Assembly (NCBI GenBank): GCA_013239625.1
Contig: MU054212.1
Location: forward strand, 6,732,270 to 6,796,269
DNA length: 64,000 nucleotides
Reading direction: 5' to 3'
From: Lama guanicoe
Taxonomy: Eukaryota
Part shown: positions 60,177-64,000 of the stretch, one piece after another
How the letters are laid out: each line of letters opens with the position of its first letter
Numbering within the stretch: the stretch's first letter is position 1
The notes under the pieces: generated by a model
The model's input: the letters and a program-made list of their open reading frames with translations, nothing else
Databases searched by the model: none
What the model was told of the DNA's origin: nothing
Translations under genes and position numbers: made by a program

Positions 60177-61664
60177 CACATTTTAGTTGGATTTTTATTT
60201 CAATTTTCGGTTGTGAAGGAATCAAGTCACAAAATCATTAAGTTGAATTGTATTTTCATGCTTATCAATTGCTCTGATTTTTCATCAACTCTGATTTTTT
60301 TTGCATTCATAGATAAAAATAGATTTATTTTGCCCTTTCAAAAAAAAACTTGGTTTTCTAAGACAAATGGTTAAATAAATTAGATAGATTGTTTTCAGCC
60401 TTAAATTTCAGGCATATTCAAGTACATCTGATTTCCCACAGTCTCTTTTGGATAACAAATGATGTTTGTCATATATTTTCACCATAATTTTCAATAATAA
60501 CTTAAGAATTGCAATGAATTCAGACACACATTTCTCCTTTCCTGTTTTCTGAATTTAAGAGGATGAGAAAATTTCATGAAAGATAATATTAAATTTCTCT
60601 AAACAGAGACCAATTTTTATTAGGTAAACATCTTAATAGACCACTAGGGCAGGGTGCTTAAGAGAAAGGGAGGACAAAACACAATACTCTCATAATGAAT
60701 CACTGAATTGCTGTGTGTGGTGAGTGGCAGAGAAGTCTTCAGAGGCAGAATGAGGCAGGGGAGCAGTAGGGTGGAAGGCCGAGCCCAGGTGGACAGATGG
60801 ATACTCTGAGAACAACATTATATAGTGAGTACTTTCTATTATAGTAATGTAATCCACCACCAAGCACCTTCTCTAAACCCTTAGTAATTTCTGCTACTGT
60901 AAGTAAAATCTTCAGTGTAGTCTTTTTGTGGAAATTAAGGAAAAGAGGTAATTTCTGTGGCTGAGTTGACCTGGAGAGGCACACTCAGTATGGTGAAATG
61001 ATCCACAAATAGAACCAGTTCCATACATTAGAGGGGACAACGAGGACAATGGCAGCAACATGGTGAATGAGAACAGTGTTCATTAATGTATTCAAAATAT
61101 TTGATGAGATCACTGTAATAAAGTAGAAAAACAGTAGCTATATTGTGTAAGATATCTGTCCGTGTAATTCGGATTCAGTGATATTTATGATTTTGCATAA
61201 GTAAAAAAACTTGAAAATGCATTCAATACTATCAGATCCTTGAATGAAAGTTCAAAATTGCAAGAAGAGTATCTTGCAAATTGAAAATAGACATAAGATT
61301 CCTTGATTGAAGTTCTTACAAATTGAACTTACAAGTTGAACTTACATGTATTAGAATTATTAATAGCCACATTTCTTGGTTTAAACTTTCTTCAGGTATT
61401 ATTTAGAAATATAATAAAACCCATCTTGAAGTATTATTTATTTAAAAGAATTTAAATTTTAAAGGAAACTTGCGTAGTGTCATGGAGACAAACAAAGTTC
61501 AGCTAAATATATTAGAATTATCTATCATGGGAATAAAAATGCTTTGCTGTATGGCAAGAGTCTGAAGGTGTCATTTTCTGAATTGTTTCCAGAATATAAT
61601 GGTTTTTCAGTTCTGAGTGATGTCCAACTAACGTACCTAAAACCAGCTCTAAATAAAATGATTT

Positions 61665-61714
61665 AGAAACTGACACATCATTGTAAACTGACTACACTTC
61701 AATTAAAAAAAAAA
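61665..61714 (+). mobile_element. Extremely 5'-truncated L1 (~50 bp: last ~40 nt of 3'UTR + A-tail)
   Basis: agaaactgacacatcattgtaaactgactacacttcaatt(a)n closely matches the L1 end at 50996-51031; degenerate TSD aaaatgattta / aaaaagactta. Confidence 0.8.
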
Positions 61715-63369
61715 GACTTACTGTACTTTGTTGTTTTCAGTGCTCGTTTTTGTTTTAGTACTGCTGTAAAACAAGCACTTTTTTTCCTTTTATAGATTTT
61801 TGTTGCTTCTACTGTGGGACAGGTGTGCTTCTAAGTACCACAGTTTTATTTATTTTATCAAAAGAAAAAATACTCTGTGAAACTAGATTTATTAATATCG
61901 CCAGTAGCAACTGTTCTACAACCCAGTCAGATTTATTCTTTTTATTTGGTTAATACCTATGTCAACTTACGCTTGAAGGCAATTTGCTGGTATATAATCT
62001 TATTGAATTTGTTCTTCCTTGTGGGATAATCTGGGGGTATCATGAGACAATATCCTAACAGTTTAACTGATCACTTTCAATATTTTTTTTGCACCTATCA
62101 ATTGGCTTAGTTGGTAAAGTCACAGTGGTAATGGATTTTAGCTCAAAACTACAGGATTGATCTTTTTAGGCAGTAAGTCATATTTCTTATAGAAAGAAAC
62201 CATCTCATGTCTACAAACTTCATCAATATCTTGGGCCATTTGTCTTGCAAACACAGTCTCGGTGAGCCTTGCCACTGGGCAAACTGTAGCCTATTTTATT
62301 TAATAACAATACAGGATATATTTATCCCATTTCTGAATTCATCTTTGTTACTCAAAAAGATAATCAGTCACCTGGCCCAACTTAAAAATGATGAAGTGAT
62401 TGCCCTTTTACAAGTATTACATTTAATAACAAAAGAATTAGGAGTCCTTTATAACTCATACACATCTAGATACTTTTTCTTCTCTTGTCTTATAAAACAA
62501 TGCAGTTACATAATGTTTTGCTGTTAATTTTTTTTCACTAGGCTTCCTTATTTTCACTCTCCAAAGTTTTTGCTATTGTGTATTTACTGTAAATAATGAG
62601 CTCATGAATAAATGCAAGTTGATAAGTTCTCCTTACATTTAAACTTCTAAAAATGCTAATTCATAAGCTTCCTTATACATATGTCTCATGACTTTTTGAT
62701 TTTACACAATTTCTTGATTTTCTTTTTCTAGCCTTAAGGGCAGAGTGGAACCAGGAAAATTAATACACAAGAGATCTCCCAAATATTATTTTTAAAAATA
62801 AATTGTCCTCTTCCTGCCTTAAAAAATCCACTGCCTCCAGGCCCTATCTTGTAAAAAAAAAAAAGATTTCTTCAAGTATGGAAAAATCGAATCTGATATT
62901 GTTCTTAACATTGCCCTGATTTATCTGTCTATTAATTAGTTCAGTATCAGATTATTTCCTGGATATTATCTCAGATAATGCTTTGATAAAGCTGCCCACT
63001 TTATTTATCAAGTATTTACAGAGGACCTATTAAAACGATGCCCTCTAACCACTCTACAAAATACAATGCTGAATAAACCATGCCCCCATTAGAATTTTAG
63101 GGACTTCTGAAGAAGATATATGTATACATGTTGTAGGCATACATCACATAAATGCCATATGTACCTAGTTGACATGTATGTCAAACAAATGCATTCCACA
63201 TTGTGTTTGGCACTATGGGAATATAAAGCTGAATATGGCATTACTTTCAGAGTCTGAATCTATTTGGTGAAAGAAATTCAAGCTGTTAAGCTTTAGTAAA
63301 ACAATAACCATGACAGAGGTATGAAAAAACTATCTTTAGATACATAGAGGCAGGCAGGAAGGATATTCA

Positions 63370-63545
63370 CACTCCATGAAGTAAGAGAGATGAGGGTACC
63401 AGAGAACACTGGGAGCCAAGACGACTGCAGAGGAACAGGATGCAGTATCAGACGAGGCCCGGGAGGGAACGCTGTCTTGTTTCCCACTCTATCCCGTCTA
63501 TCCAACTCTGTGGCTGTTCAAAGAATATTTATTTAACAGAGAAGA
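63370..63545 (+). mobile_element. L2 3' end
   Basis: gggagggaacgctgtcttgtttcccactctatccc...gttcaaagaatatttatttaacaga. Confidence 0.5.
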
Positions 63546-63769
63546 AAAGAAGGACTGGTGGAGGGGAGGATAGGATCTCCCCTCCACCAGGATTTGTGGA
63601 GAGGTCAAAGAGATATCCATGCTGGAAACCAGGTGCCACACCGGTTAAAATCTTCCCCTTTGCACTCCTTTATTACCTCTCACATTCCTTCTTTCTGTCT
63701 CCAGTGACATCTCATTACTTAAGCCACTAAGTGTCTGAACAGAACTACTGCAGAAGTGTCCTTATGAGT

Positions 63770-64000
63770 CTCCCCACCTCCGGTCATGAAACCTCTATTC
63801 CACCGCCCCTACTGCCCACCTCCCTTCTACTTTCCATGTATCAGCCTAAGAAATCTTCTAAAACTCAAATGTTTTACGGCTCCTTCTCTTTCTTTATACA
63901 CAGCAATCCCCATCCCCTCCTTCCACCTAGTATCTTCAGGATAAAGTCCAAGCTTCTTTTCAAGACACAAAACTGCAAATGTTGGCTACTGCTTATCTTC
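63770..64000 (+). mobile_element. L2 fragment running off the window end
   Basis: tcagcctaagaaatcttctaaaactcaaat...cttcaggataaagtccaagcttctt...tggctactgcttatcttc. Confidence 0.65.

Noticed and set aside
61040..61640. CR1/L3 RT-region remnant
   Set aside because: Only faint resemblance; too degenerate to call without an HMM search.

Overview
Non-coding mammalian genomic DNA (intergenic or deep intronic), most likely from a camelid (alpaca/llama/camel). The species call rests on a tRNA-Ala-derived Vic-1-type SINE at 25011-25125, cetartiodactyl-type L1 3' ends, and no recognisable Bov-A/BovB/PRE1 SINEs. I could not support any host protein-coding exon, RNA gene or CRISPR-like array. The ORF track is chance ORFs plus decayed retroelement peptides (L1 ORF2 and an RTE-clade LINE). 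The window is a mosaic of old eutherian repeats (L2, MIR, L3/CR1, MLT1/MLT2, LTR33-like, MER5, MER81), an ERV1-type solo LTR, several L1 3' fragments and microsatellites. Between them lie repeat-free, motif-dense blocks that look like conserved enhancers. I found no convincing new biological system. The most notable items are a well-preserved RTE-clade LINE fossil (~6.85-7.44 kb), an exact 30-bp direct repeat 804 bp apart, a 77-bp tandem duplication, an old local duplication (58.0/59.5 kb), an unclassified ~0.63-kb insert in an L2, and a left-to-right fall in GC/CpG. Repeat family names come from recalled consensus sequences, not a database search, and boundaries of old repeats are approximate.
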